Source of the DNA: Chiloscyllium plagiosum | Lineage: Eukaryota | NCBI RefSeq assembly: GCF_004010195.1 | Contig: NC_057752.1 | Span: forward strand, 541,908-605,907 | DNA: 64,000 bases | Direction of reading: 5' to 3' | Part shown: positions 12,835-25,293 of the stretch, piece after piece | How the letters are laid out: each line of letters begins with the position of its first letter | How positions within the stretch are numbered: the stretch's first letter is position 1 | Made by a program: the position numbers and the translations under genes | Notes under the pieces: generated by a model | The model's input: only the letters and a program-made list of their open reading frames with translations | Database searches by the model: none | What the model was told of the DNA's origin: nothing

Positions 12835-13334
12835 NNNNNNNNNNNNNNNNNNNNNNNNNNNNNNNNNNNNNNNNNNNNNNNNNNNNNNNNNNNNNNNNNN
12901 NNNNNNNNNNNNNNNNNNNNNNNNNNNNNNNNNNNNNNNNNNNNNNNNNNNNNNNNNNNNNNNNNNNNNNNNNNNNNNNNNNNNNNNNNNNNNNNNNNNN
13001 NNNNNNNNNNNNNNNNNNNNNNNNNNNNNNNNNNNNNNNNNNNNNNNNNNNNNNNNNNNNNNNNNNNNNNNNNNNNNNNNNNNNNNNNNNNNNNNNNNNN
13101 NNNNNNNNNNNNNNNNNNNNNNNNNNNNNNNNNNNNNNNNNNNNNNNNNNNNNNNNNNNNNNNNNNNNNNNNNNNNNNNNNNNNNNNNNNNNNNNNNNNN
13201 NNNNNNNNNNNNNNNNNNNNNNNNNNNNNNNNNNNNNNNNNNNNNNNNNNNNNNNNNNNNNNNNNNNNNNNNNNNNNNNNNNNNNNNNNNNNNNNNNNNN
13301 NNNNNNNNNNNNNNNNNNNNNNNNNNNNNNNNNN
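12835..13334. other. Assembly gap (500 N)
   Basis: Run of N. Confidence 1.
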
Positions 13335-13763
13335 CACTGTTTTGAATAAACTACAAGTTAGAACAGTAGTACAAGAAATTATTACATGTATAACTTTCTC
13401 AATTAGAAGAATTAACATATGGTAAACATTGAATAATATACAGTGATCGCACCCCATAGCATACATCAAATAGCAAATGCAATCATAACAGTTACCACAG
13501 ATTTCTCAGTAATTCCCCTCCGGATATTAATGGCACTGTGGGATATCAAATCTCATTAAATTTCAAGCAATTACAATTCTTCATTGATCCTGTCTTAACT
13601 CCCTCTTGAGCTGTTCCATAATTGTCTGTTTCAATGGTTGCCCCTGTTCTAATTGATCACGTTTCTTTCCTAGGTTTTATGCCCCTGAACTCAAACTACA
13701 CTCCAGTGCTCATTCATGATCATAACTCCAGCTCTTCACTGACCAGTAACTTTACAAAGTCCG

Positions 13764-13992
13764 TGGTGAAATAACTCCCCATAGGCCAGTATCCTGTCAC
13801 CAAGTGACCCTTCATTTATGCATGGAGAGTCCTCTGCACGGATCCAGCTCCCTCAGAGCCAGCTCTGAGTGAACAGAATGTCTGATACTCCTGTTATGTC
13901 AGCCAGGGCTCCCTGATCGGGGCTGTTAATCTGGTCCAATCAGGGAACTTATTCTGAGGTTCATCTGGCTGACCTCGTTTATAATTACTACA
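13764..13992 (-). mobile_element. Short solo LTR of a Gypsy family
   Basis: Minus strand begins TGTAGTAAT; shares AGCCAGCTCTGAGT and CAGCCAGGGCT(C/T)CCTGAT with the LTR at about 46720-46905 that adjoins Gypsy pol; left end and TSD uncertain. Confidence 0.6.
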
Positions 13993-14177
13993 CCTGGGAC
14001 TTTTCCAAAGCTCCACTCCAGTTTTATGAAGCAAATATTACTGAGTGTTTTTCAGCTCCCACATTCGGCTTAACTGAAGTATTAATGCTTACTGGCTCCT
14101 TCCAAGCTTTCCTCCAACACAATCGATCACCTTCCCACTTTGACTCCAACCCTTAACTACTTTGTCATTTCTGTCAG

Positions 14178-14480
14178 AACGCTGACTGGGTGATCGCTTT
14201 GCTGAGGACCTTCGGTCTGTACGCAATCAGGTCCTGAACCTTCCCGTGGCTTGCCACTTCAACACACAATCCTGCTCCCATGCCCACATGTCTGTCCTTG
14301 GCTGCTGCAATGTTCCAGTGAAGCTCAACGCAAACTGGAGGAACAGCATCTCATCTTCCGACTAGGCACGTTACAGCCTGCCGGTCTCAACATTGAATTC
14401 AACAACTTCAGATGATTATCCCATCTCGACCCCTCTGTTTTCATTCTGCTCTGTAATTTTATTGTATCTTTTCCAGCATT
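14178..14480 (+). mobile_element. Second copy of the Neptune-type PLE 3' segment
   Basis: About 95% identical to 12442-12725 (about 14 mismatches counted by eye). Confidence 0.85.
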
Positions 14481-14609
14481 TTCTCTTTTTTGGTTCCATC
14501 TCGTTCACAACTATTCTGACAGCAGAAGTTAGTTAGCATTGGGGGAATCACATGACCACATAGGATACCATCAATAATTATTCAAATAAGCCAAAGAACA
14601 TCTTTTATG

Positions 14610-15225
14610 TCAGCTGTGACTGCATAAGTAGCACTTCTGCCTCTGAGTCAGAAGATGGTGGATTCAGATTCCACTCCAGTGACATAAACATATCATCTAA
14701 ACTTTGGCGTAATGCAGTACTGAAGGAGTGCTGCACTGTCAAAAGTGCTATCTGTCAGATAAGATATTAAACAAAGGCCCTATTTGCCTTCTGCCAGTCA
14801 TATAAAAGATCTTGTTTGAAATGGAGAACTGTTCTTCCTGGTATCCTGAGCAATGCAGCATCAGGAATCCATTCCTGATGAAGAGCTCTGGCCCAAAATG
14901 TTGATTCTCCTGTTCCTCGGATGCTGCCTGACCTGCTGTGCTTTTCCAACAACACACTCTTGACTCTGATCTCCAGCATCTGCAAACCTCACTTTCTCCT
15001 AACATCATCAGTGAGCCTTTAGATGAAGCGCTGGTGGTATGGCCTGCTTTCTATTTATGTGTTTAGGTTCCTTGGGTTGGTGATGACATTTCCTGTGGTG
15101 TTTCCTACATTACCTCACTGCCGTGTTTCCTACATTATAATATCACACTTCAAAAGTACTTCATTGGCTGCAAAATGTTTTGAGATATTCTGAGATAACG
15201 AAAGGCATGATAGAAATACAAGTTT
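14610..15225 (+). mobile_element. DeuSINE-like element split by PLE fragments (about 14857-15000 and 15020-15100)
   Basis: tRNA-like head, Deu core, TTTCCTACATTA...AAAGGCATGATAGAAATACAAG tail; inserted PLE begins with fold-back CATCAGGAATCCATTCCTGATG. Confidence 0.65.
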
Positions 15226-15842
15226 TTAATTTCTCCCCTCCGTCACTATGCATGCAAGGAATTAGTTTGATATTCACCTCTTCAGGAAATATACAACCAG
15301 TCATAAATACAGAAGGCTAAAAATATCTAGAATTTTCAAAAAGTACAGAAACCATGGAAAAGTAAAAACCTGCATTGTACATGGATGTACCAGAGATGAT
15401 GCTAATCATATCTGAATTTAATCATCACAGGGTAATGACCCAATGAAAATTACAGGCTGACAGCACAAGGAAACATTTACATAATGCGTAAAAATAGAAG
15501 ATTACATTCCATGGCACCGGCATTAATACTTCATAGGATACCCAATAGCAAACAAAATTACTTTCCAAATGCTTCACAAAATATGGCAAGACTTCTCAAA
15601 CTGGGCATTGGGACTCCAAGGTGAGTTTGTGAGTTGAGATTTTGCGATCACAATGGCTAGCACCCCCTTTTTACCCCACTCTCACCGGTCTTCTCTACCA
15701 CACCTCTGCTTTGCTCGGTTTTCTCCTCGCACTTCTCAGGTTTTACCAAAGAGCCATGACAATTGTCAGTCCTTGATATGAGGGAAAACATTTGGGGAGA
15801 ACTGAAGTACAGATTAGTAAGTAGAGGTCTATAGGGCTGACT

Positions 15843-15967
15843 AGGAGAAAATGAACACTGCAGATGCTGGAGATCAGAGTTGAGAGTGTGGTGCTGGAAA
15901 AGCACAGCAGGTCAGGCAGCATCCGAGGAGCAGGAGAATTAACATTTCGGGCATAAGCCCTTAATCA
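15843..15967 (-). mobile_element. Short Penelope-derived insertion with degenerate hammerhead motif
   Basis: Flanked by GGCTGACT duplication; same segment as 141-266. Confidence 0.75.
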
Positions 15968-16002
15968 GGCTGACTGTAGAACTTTGCAGGGAAAGAATGA
16001 TG

Positions 16003-17470
16003 TCATAGAGTCACAGAGACATAGGTGCTGCAGCATTGAGACAGGCCCTTTAGCCCAAACTGGTCTATGCGGACCAAATGTCCACCCACAGTAACTCCAT
16101 TTCCCTGCACTTGGCCCATCTCCTTCCAATCCTTTCCCATCCATGTATTTGTCCAAATGCCTTCTAAATGTTATGTACCCGCCTCAACCACTTCTGCTGG
16201 CAGTTCATTCCATATGTGTATCACCCTCTGTGTAAAAACGTTGTCTCTCAGGTTCCCTTTTATTAAATCCCCTCTAACCTTAAACTGATGCCCTCTAGTC
16301 CTCCATTCCCCAACCCTGGGAAAAAGACTGAGTGCATTCACCCTATACATGCCTCTCATAATCTTATACACCTCCATAAGGTACCCCCTCAGTCTCCTAC
16401 GCTCTAAAGAAAAAAGTCCTCGCTTGTCCAACTTCTCCTTATAACTCAGACCATTGAGTCCAGGCAACATCCTTGTAAATTTCTTCTGCACTCTTTCCAG
16501 TTTAATAACATCCTTCCTACAACAAGGTGACCAAAACTGAACACAATACTCCAAGTGCGGCCTCACCAACTTCCTGTATAATTGCAACATAACTTTCCAG
16601 CTTCTATACTCAATGCCCTGTCTGTCTGTGACTCTACTTTCAGAAAACTGTAAGCTTGAACTCCAAAATCCCTTTGTTCCATTACATTCCAAAAGGCCCT
16701 ACCATTCACCATGAAACTCCTACCTTTATTTGACTTTCCCAAACGCAACACCTCTCACTTATCCATATTAAACTTCAATTGCCATTTCCTGGCCTGCTTC
16801 CGCAGCTGATCAAGGTCCTGCTGCAATTTCTGATAACCTTCCTCACTATCCATGATACCGCCTGTTTTAGTGTCATCAGGAAACTCACTAATCATGCCTT
16901 GTATGTTCTCATCCAAATCGTTGATATAGATAACAAATAGCAATGGGCCCAGCAATGATCCCTGAGGCACTCCACTAGTCACAGGCCTCCAGTCCAACAA
17001 ACATCCTTCCACTATTACCCTCTGCTTCCTACCATCAAGCTAATTTTGTATCTAATTTGCCAGCTCACCTTGGATTCCATGAGATCTAACCTTCCAAAGC
17101 AGCCTACCATGTGGAACCTTATCAAAGGCCTTACTGCAATCCATATAGACTACTGCCCTGCCCTCATCAACCTTCCTGGTCACTTCATCAAAGAACTTTA
17201 ATAAACTTATGAGGCATATTCTCCCATGCACAAAGCCATGCTGATTGTTCCTAATCAAACCTTGGCTTTCCAAATGCATGTATATCTTATCCTTCTGAAT
17301 CTTCTCAAGTAACTTATCTACTACAGATGTTAGGCTTACTGGTCTATAGTTCCCAGGCTTTTCTTTGCAGCCTTTCTTAATTAATGGCACAACATTCGCT
17401 ACCCTCCAGTCTTCCGGGATTTCAACTGTGGCTAATGATGATGCACAAATATCAGCTAGGGCCCCCGATA
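16003..17470 (-). mobile_element. CR1 LINE ORF2 RT region and tail, decayed
   Basis: [61 protein letters not shown]. Confidence 0.93.
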
Positions 17471-17799
17471 TATGATGAGTCAAACTTAATGAACTGCATC
17501 GACCATCAACATTTGCTAATGCCACTTAGATTTATTGATTTATTTGAAGAATATTTGCTAATGAGGGGTTCCAATGGATGAATTCCTCTGCAGCATCCTC
17601 AGACAGGACTTTGGAACCTGGCAAACCAAGGTATGAATTTGTTTAACTGACATGTAGACTGTGTTTGCCTTCTGTAATGGAGCGTGAGTGTGGCAGTTAA
17701 AACTGCCCAAGAAGAGGCTGAGTGACTTAACTCTTGTAGCCATCAAAGACATATCAGAAATGACTTCCTACTCAGATCCCTTGGCATCATGGTAGCCCA

Positions 17800-18320
17800 C
17801 AAACCTACCAACACACTTAAACAGCGACTAATGAACCTAAAGGATTATTTAGATAGTACCAGCAAAACTAAAGTCATTTACAAGATACCATTACAAGAAC
17901 TGTAAAAAACACTACATTGGACAAACTAGCAGGAAACTTGCCACAGGATTCATGAACACCAACTGGCCACCAAAAGACACTACCCACTATCACTTGTTTC
18001 TATACATATGGACAAAGAAGGGCATTACTTTGACTGGGATAACACACACATCCTAGGACAGGCAAAACAAAGACAATGAGAATTCTTAGGGGCATGGCAT
18101 TCTGACCCCAGAACTCCATCAATAAACACATCGACTTAGATCCTATCTACCTTCCCTTCAAAAAAAGAACCAGAAATGACATCACCCACGTTAAGAAACC
18201 AAGACCTATAAATAGAGAGGCAGGACATACCACAGGCGCTTCACTGGAGACTCTCACTGATGATGTTACCCAGTATGGTGATGAAATGTCTGAAAACAAA
18301 CCTTCCAGCTCAGCAAGCAA
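17800..18320 (+). mobile_element. Penelope/Poseidon-type PLE 3' end (GIY-YIG remnant plus terminal hammerhead)
   Basis: Frameshifted VIYKIP...C..HYIGQTSRKLAT.IHEHQLATKRH; ends in CTGATGATGTTACC...GAAATGTCTG. Confidence 0.82.
18254..18293 (+). ncRNA. Minimal type I hammerhead ribozyme motif
   Basis: Stem I TCA/TGA, core CTGATGA, stem II GTTACC/GGTGAT, GAAA, ATGT (likely decayed ACGT) stem III, GTC cleavage triplet. Confidence 0.7.
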
Positions 18321-18329
18321 AATAAAATA

Positions 18330-19930
18330 CTTATCTTGTAGCCATTGTATTTATATGGTAAGTTGAGTTTCTGATCAATAGTAACCCCCAGAATGTTGAT
18401 AGTGGGGGATTCAGTGATGGTAACATCACTGAATGTCAAGGGGCAGTGATTAGATTGTCTCTTATTGGAGATGGTCATTGGCTGGCATTTGTGTGGTGCA
18501 ATTGTTACTTGTCATTTGTCAGCCCAAGCCTGGATATTGTCCAGATCTTGTTGCATTTGGATATGAACTGCTTCAGTATCTGAGGAGTTGCAATTGGTGG
18601 CTGAACATTACGTGGTAATTGGCAAACATCCCCACTTCTGACATTATGATGTAAAGAAGATTGTTAATGAAGTAGCTGAGGATGTTTGGGCCTAGGACAC
18701 TACCCTGAGAAACTCCTGCGGACATGTCCTGGAGCTGAGATGACTGACCTCCAACAACCACAATCATCTTCCAATGTGACAGATATGACACCAATCAGTG
18801 GAAAGTTTTATTACTGAATCCCATTCTTTAAAAATTTATTCATTTGTGGGATGTGGGCATCGCTGGCTGGCCAGCATTTATTGCCCATCCATGGTTATCC
18901 TTGAGAAGGTGGTGGTGAGCTGCCTTCTTGAACCGCTGCAGTCCACCTGCTGTGGGTTGACCCACAATGCCATTAGGGAGGGAATTCCAGGATTTTGACC
19001 CAGCGACAGTGCAGAAATGGTGATGTATTTCCAAGTCCGGATGGTCAGTGGCTTGCAGGGGAACTTGAAGATGGTGGTGTTCCCCTATATCTGCTGCCCT
19101 TGTCCTTCTGGATAGACGCAGTCATGGGTTTGGAATGTGCAGTCTGAGGAACTTCGGTGAATCTCTGCAGTGCATCTTATAGAGAGTATATACTGCTGCT
19201 ATTGAGTATCTATGGTGGAAGGAGTGGATGTCTGTGGATGTAGTGCCAATTCAGTAGGCTGCTTTGTCCTGGATAGTGTCAAGCTTCTTGAATGTTAGTG
19301 GTGCTGCATTCATCCAGAACGTGGGGACTATTCCATTATACTCCTGACATGTGCCTTGTAGATATTCGACAGGCTTTGAGGAGTCTGGAGGTGAATTACT
19401 CACCACAGTATTCCTAGCCTCTGACCTAACCACTGTGTTTATATGATGAGTCCAGTTGAGTTTCTGATCAATGATAACCCCAGGATGTTGACAGTGGGGG
19501 AATTCAGTGATGGTAATACCATTAAATGCCAAGGGTAGTAGTTAGATTGTCTCCTATTAGGGATGATCATAGCCTGACATTTGCGTGGTGCAAATATTAC
19601 TTGGCACCTGTCAGCCCAGGCCTAGATATTGTCCAGATCTTGTTGCATTTTGATATGTTCTGTTTCAGTATCTGAGGAGTCACAAATGGTACTGAACATT
19701 GTGCAATCATTGGCGAATATCCCCACCTCTGACCTTATAATGGAGGGAAGGTCATTGATGAGGCAGCTGAAGATGGTTGGGTTGACAACAGTTTTGATGG
19801 GGCTCCTTAACACCACTGTCTGTCAACATGGTTTCGATGTCAAAAGTTGTCTCTCTTCTGTCACCTCTGGAATTAAGCTCTTTTGTCTATGTTTGATGGC
19901 TGTAATGAGGTCAGGAAGTGATTTCTCCTT
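18330..19930 (-). mobile_element. Two adjacent LINE RT fragments (CR1/L2 group)
   Basis: GVSQGSVLGP..FINNL, INDLPSIIRSEVGIFANDCT, ILGVTIDQKLN; tail of the second copy near 18830. Confidence 0.8.
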
Positions 19931-20254
19931 GACCACCACCCTCCCCAGCACCACCTTCTATTTTCACCAATACACTGTCCATTGCACTTTGCAGAATTAA
20001 TTGACAGTGGGCAGGAATGTAGTTTGTGATGTTGTCTACCTATTGAAACAGATAATATCTTTGGCTAATTTATTACTTTGTTTTTCAATCCCTTCAACTG
20101 GAAAAGGATTTCTGCCAATTGGGAGTCAACTACAAGGTCAACAGTGGGCAAGGTTTATTCTATTGTGGGTGGCCATCACTTACATATTCACTAAAATATT
20201 TGATTACTTACTCAAAACAAATAAATAAATACAATTATCAGTGCCAGCAGTGTG

Positions 20255-20795
20255 TCTTTCCACAAGATGTACTGCAGAAATTCACCAAAGATCCTCAGAC
20301 AGCACCTTCCAAAACAACAACCACTTCCATCTGGAAGGACAAGTGCGTAGATACATGGGAACACCACTGCCTGCAAGTTCACCTGACCATCCTGACTTGG
20401 AAATATATTGTGAAGAGAAAGCAGAGTTAACATTTCAGGTCCAGTGACTGTCACTCAGAATGGTTCTGAAGAGGTTACACTGGACCCAGAATGTTAATTC
20501 TGCTTTCTTTCCATGTATGCTGCCAGATCTGTTGAGTTTTTCCAGGAATTTCTGTTTTTGTTTCTGATTTCCGCCATCTGCAGTTCTCTGGTATTTTGGG
20601 AAATATATTGGCTTTCCTTCACTGTCACTGGGTCAAAATGCTGGAATTCCCTCCCAAAGGGCATTGTGGATCTACCTGCAACACATGGACTACAGCAGTT
20701 CAATAAGGCAGCTCATCACTACTTTCTCAAGGGCAACTTAGAAAAGGCAATAAATGCTGGCCAGCCAACTATACCCACACCCAACAAGTGAATTG
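20255..20795 (+). mobile_element. LINE 3' fragment interrupted by a fold-back PLE insertion (20411-20598)
   Basis: Same family as 18830-19250; insertion flanked by 12-bp GGAAATATATTG duplication. Confidence 0.75.
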
Positions 20796-20899
20796 AAAAA
20801 ACTACAATGCAATGTTTAAGTTTGAGAATCCTGGGCAATCACCTTCAGCATGCTGAAACTGACATGGCAAACATGTTCATCAAAGGACGTGGAAGGAGG

Positions 20900-22085
20900 T
20901 GTTCAGACTCTACCATTATTAAATTTGATATTGAGTCCTGAAGGCTGCAGGGTCCTCAAGTGGGAGATGAGATACTGATCTTCTAGCTTGTGCTGAACCT
21001 CGCTGGAATAGTGCAACAGGTTCAACACAGAAATGTGTTGGTGGCATGTTGAAGTGGCAGGCAACGGAAAGCTGGGGGTCATTTTTAAGGACAGAACATA
21101 GGTGTTCCGCAAAGCAGTCACCCAGTCTGTGTTTTGTCTCCCCCATGTAGAGAAGTCTGCATTGGGAACGAGGAATACAGTAGAATAGATTGAGTGAAAT
21201 GCAGGTAAATCGTTACTTTACCTGGAAGGTGTGTGTGGGGCCTTGGATAGTGAGGAGGGAGGTGGTAAGCAGGCAACTGTTACACCTTCTGTGATTGTAT
21301 GGGAAAGTGGGGAAGTGTTGGGAGTGGAGGAGGAGTGGACCTGGGTACCCTGGAGGGAATGTTCCCTCATAGAATCATAGAATCCCTACAGTGTGGTAAC
21401 AGGCCCTTTGGCCCAACAAGTTCACACTCACCCTCTGACGAGTAACCCACCCAGACCCATTCCCTACTCTATTATCCTATATTTACCCCTGACCAATGCA
21501 GCTAGCCTACACATCCCTGAACACTACGGGAAAACTTAGCATGGCCAATTCACCTAACCTGCACATCTTTGGACTGTGGGAGGAAACCGGAGCACCCGGA
21601 GGAAACCCACGCAGATAGGGGAGAATGTGCAAACTCCACACAGATAGTCGCCCACGGCTGGAATCAAACCCAGGTTCCTGGCGCTGTGAGACAGCAGTGC
21701 TAATCACTGGGCCACCTGGCAACCCCTGTGGAAACAAAAATAGAAATTGCTGGAAAAACTCAGTGGGTCTGGCAGCATTTGTGGAGAGAAATCAAAGTTA
21801 ACATTTCGGGTTGAGTGACCCTTCCTCAGAAATGTGCAATCCCTGTGGAATCCCTGCAGAATGCTGACAATGGAGGGGAGCAGAATATGTGTCGTCCCAT
21901 TGGAGGTGGCAGCTTATGATCCTTTGGTTGCAGGGGCCAGCAGGGTGGATATTGAGGACCAAGGGGTCGATATTGAGGACCAAGGGGTCCCCATTGTTGT
22001 GGGAAGGAAGAGAAGGGGTGAGGCCAAACATGCAGGAAATGGATTGGACAAGGCCAGACAGGTGGAACACCTGCAATGTTCTGAT
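20900..22085 (-). mobile_element. Neptune-type PLE fragment, interrupted by a SINE and a PLE terminus
   Basis: MGETKHRLGDCFAEHL..VACHFN GIY-YIG segment, homologous to 12270-12680. Confidence 0.78.
21369..21720 (-). mobile_element. HE1-like tRNA-derived SINE with CR1-derived tail
   Basis: Minus strand has A/B boxes GGTGGCCCAGTGATTAGCA...GGTTTGATTCC, body TGTGTGGAGTTTGCACATTCTCC, tail GGATTCTATGATTCTATG. Confidence 0.88.
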
Positions 22086-22309
22086 AGTTCAATGCATTGA
22101 AGTCAGATGTGAGTGCTGTGTGCTGGGGTAACTGAGAAGTGCACGAAGTAACCACAATGGTACCAGTTAAGTTCCAGGTTGATTTCAATCCAGAACAATG
22201 TTCAAGGATAGAATCCTGCGACAGAAAGGAGTAGGATTTTGGCTGGCTGTAATCTGACACTGCAGCTTCATAAATGGTCTAATTAAAATTTTGTCTGTTT
22301 AGCAAAGAC

Positions 22310-23045
22310 TGTAGGTTACTGAAAAAGCTTGCATTCGTATAACACCTTTAACATTGTAAAACCTCAGAGGTGCTTCACAGGCTCGTTTGACATTGAGTAA
22401 CATACATTTTAGGGCAAATGTGGTAGATTTTAAGGAGCTATTTAAAGAAGGCAAGAGAGGCAAAGAAGATTTAGGGAGGAATTTCTCAAACTTATCGCCT
22501 AGGAGGCTGAATGCATGGCTACCAGTGGTGAAACAATTAAAATTACGGATGTGCAAGAGGCCAGAACGAGAGAGTCTGAATATTTAGAAGTGATGTCAGC
22601 CTGGCAGGACTTTACAGAGCTTGGGACTAAGTAAGGAGACCTTGAAGGGAACTGAAAAGCCATGGGTGAAAATTTAAAAATCAAAGATGTTGTTTAACCA
22701 GGACCTAATATAGATCAGCAAGCACCTGGGTGAATGTGACCTGGTGCAAGTTTAGATACATGCAGCAGAGCTTTGGATGAACTTACACTTATGGAGCGTA
22801 AAAGATGGGAAGCTGACCAGGTGAATGTTGGAATAGTCCAGCCTAGAACTAACAAAGACTGGGATGCAGGTTTCAGCAACAGATAAGGCAGAGAAAGTTG
22901 AGCGATGTCATGGCAGTGGAAACAAAATGGTACTAGTAATGATGTGGATATACACTTGGAGGCTCACCTTGGGATCAAATATAACACCAAGGTTGCGAGT
23001 AGTCTGGTTCAGTTTTAGACACTTGTCAGGGTGAAAGATGGAGTC
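22310..23045 (-). mobile_element. Old L2-type LINE 3' fragment
   Basis: Reverse-complement homology to 1520-2118; CAACCTTGGTGTTATATTTGATCC (NLGVIFD) on the minus strand near 22975-22996. Confidence 0.65.
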
Positions 23046-23084
23046 AATTTATTGTTCAAGATCATGACAAGGAATATTCCCTCT

Positions 23085-24060
23085 CCTGTTTCTGTTGCGA
23101 TCCAGCCTACAATGGTGGTATCACCAGTGAACTTGTACACAGAGTTAGGACAAAATTTGGCCACACAGTCATGAGTGTGCAGGGAGTATTGTAAGGGGCT
23201 GAGAACACAGTCTTGTAGGCTGCCATTGTTAAGAATTATCGTGGAGGAGGTGTTATTGCCTATTCTGACTGATTGTGGTCTGTGGATCAGGAAATCGAGA
23301 ATCTAGTTGCAGAGGGCCAAGCAGAGACCGAGGTCTCAGCATTTGGAGATTAGTTTGTTTGGAATTATAGTTGAAGTGTTCTTAAGGTGAAGTTATAGTG
23401 TTGAAGGTGGAGCTGTTGTCAATAAGTAGGAGTCTGATGTAGGTATCCTTTTTATCTCGATGTTTTAGGAATGATTGTAGGGCCAGGGAGATGGCGTCTG
23501 CCATGGACTTGTTGCGACGGTAGATGAATTGCAAGGGATTAAGGCAGGCTGAGAGGCTAGATTTGATATGAGCCATGACTAACCTCTTGAAGCAGTAATC
23601 ATTGAGGCACGCTATATGAGTTTTCTTTGGTACTGGGATGATGGTGGTCTTGAAGCAGGTGGGAACTTCAGATTATAATAAGGAGAGGTTAAAGATGTCA
23701 ACAAATACTCCTGCCAGCTGGTATTCGCAGGATCTGAGTGCACAGCAAAGGACTGCATTTGGGCCAGTCACTTTCCGTGGATTCACTCCCAAAAAGGCTG
23801 ATCTGATGTCCGCAGCAGTAACTGAGGGAACAAATGCATTCGAGGCTGTCGGGGTGGGTGACACTGTTTCACTGACTTTCTGATGAAACAATCGTAAAAT
23901 GCATTGAGCGCATCAGGTAGGATGTATTTTTGTCCCCTATTCCATTCTGCTTTGCTTTGGAGCCCGTTATGTCATGTAGGCCTTGCCATAAATGGCGGGT
24001 GTCTGTGTGGTTAGTTTGGGTCTCTAGCTTAGTCTGGTATTGCCTCTTGGTATCTTTAAT
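23085..24060 (-). mobile_element. Rex1/Babar-type LINE RT fragment
   Basis: [42 protein letters not shown] and QLAGVFVDIFNLSL motifs characteristic of Rex1. Confidence 0.82.
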
Positions 24061-24605
24061 GGAAACAGGAAGGGAAGGAAAAGAATGAAAACTGGCATTC
24101 ACCTTTCACAGCCACAGGATATCCCAAGTGCTTTACAGCCAAATAAACAGTTTTGAAGTGTGCTTACTGTTGTAAAACAGGAATGTCAGCAGCCAATTTG
24201 CATACAGCAAACTCCCACAAACAACAATGTGATAATGGTTAGAAAATTTGTTTTATAATGTTGATTGCAAGATAAATATTGACAGGACACCAAGGATTTT
24301 CCCCTCCTCTTTGTTGAAATAGAAGTAGGGAATCTTTCATATCTTAAGTGCAGCATTTATGCAGTACTGCACTGGAGTGCCAGCCTCAATCTTTGTGCTT
24401 TCGTCTCTGGGGATCAGTGGAGGAGTTCCTCAGGGAATTGTCCTCAGCTCAATCATCCTCATCAATGACCTTCCTTGTCTGACTTCCCCAACCTGAGGAA
24501 ATAGTTTCTCTGTGTCAACCCTATCGACTTCTTTAATCACCTTAAATACCTCAATCAGATCACTCCTTAATCATTCTATATTTGAGGGAATAAAAACCTA
24601 AAAAT

Positions 24606-25074
24606 GGACCTGATCACTGTCTGGAACATGGTCGAATCGCGTCGCGCCTACCCTCCGGCTGGAGTAGCGGCTGTCGTCAGGGAGCCGTTGCTCAGGAATC
24701 CGCACCTCCGTACTCGCGGGTTCGAGTGGCTGTCGGAGGGGAGGGCCGCGGCGGCGAGGGTGACCAGGGTCGGGGACGTGCTGGGTGCCGGGGGCCTGGG
24801 CGGGACGCTGCCGCAGGACATAGCAGGCAGGGCGGCGGTAGACGTCCAGTACGTGGCCACCGCCATCCGACGCCACAAAACGGCGGTGCTCGGACCCGAC
24901 GTAGTACACCAGTTGGAGGACGCTCAGGTGTGCGGTGGGATCCCGACCGAGCTCACCCCAGCCCGGACGGAATTTCACATTGGCCCCAAGGTCCCGTACT
25001 TCCCGCGGGAGCCTGTGCCCCACAACCTGAGCCGCCTCCGAAATTTTAACTTTGTTTCGTTGGAAAATAAAAAG

Positions 25075-25114
<40 letters not shown>

Positions 25115-25293
25115 AACAGAAGGTTCTTCCTGGTGGTGGAAATTGAATAAAGATTGGTGCACTTTGTGTCTTTCACTGTGTCTCACACCTGCACACACAC
25201 ACACCATGGGTGCTGGGGAAAAAAAAAAAAAAAAAATAGGGGTTCACACAGCATTGTCCTTTAAAAAGGAAAAAAAAAAGAAGAAAAAAAAAA
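24606..25293 (+). mobile_element. Young GC-rich Tx1/L1-clade LINE insertion (ORF2 fragment, A-tracts, poly-A tail)
   Basis: 17-bp duplication AATAAAAACCTAAAAAT (24589-24605, 25294-25310); open frame LITVWNMV..REPLLRNPHL..VTRVGDVL resembling the Tx1 ORF2 C-terminal region; many intact CpGs. Confidence 0.8.

Noticed and set aside
12723..13469. ORFs of 189-248 aa
   Set aside because: They run through the N gap.
10580..17640. Isolated good donor sites (10654, 15620, 17630) as exons of an upstream gene
   Set aside because: No recognisable protein or consistent exon chain; such sites occur by chance.
24598..25176. GC-rich ORFs as a host gene, CpG-island promoter or bacterial transfer
   Set aside because: The TSD, poly-A tail and LINE ORF2-like peptide explain it as a retrotransposon insertion.
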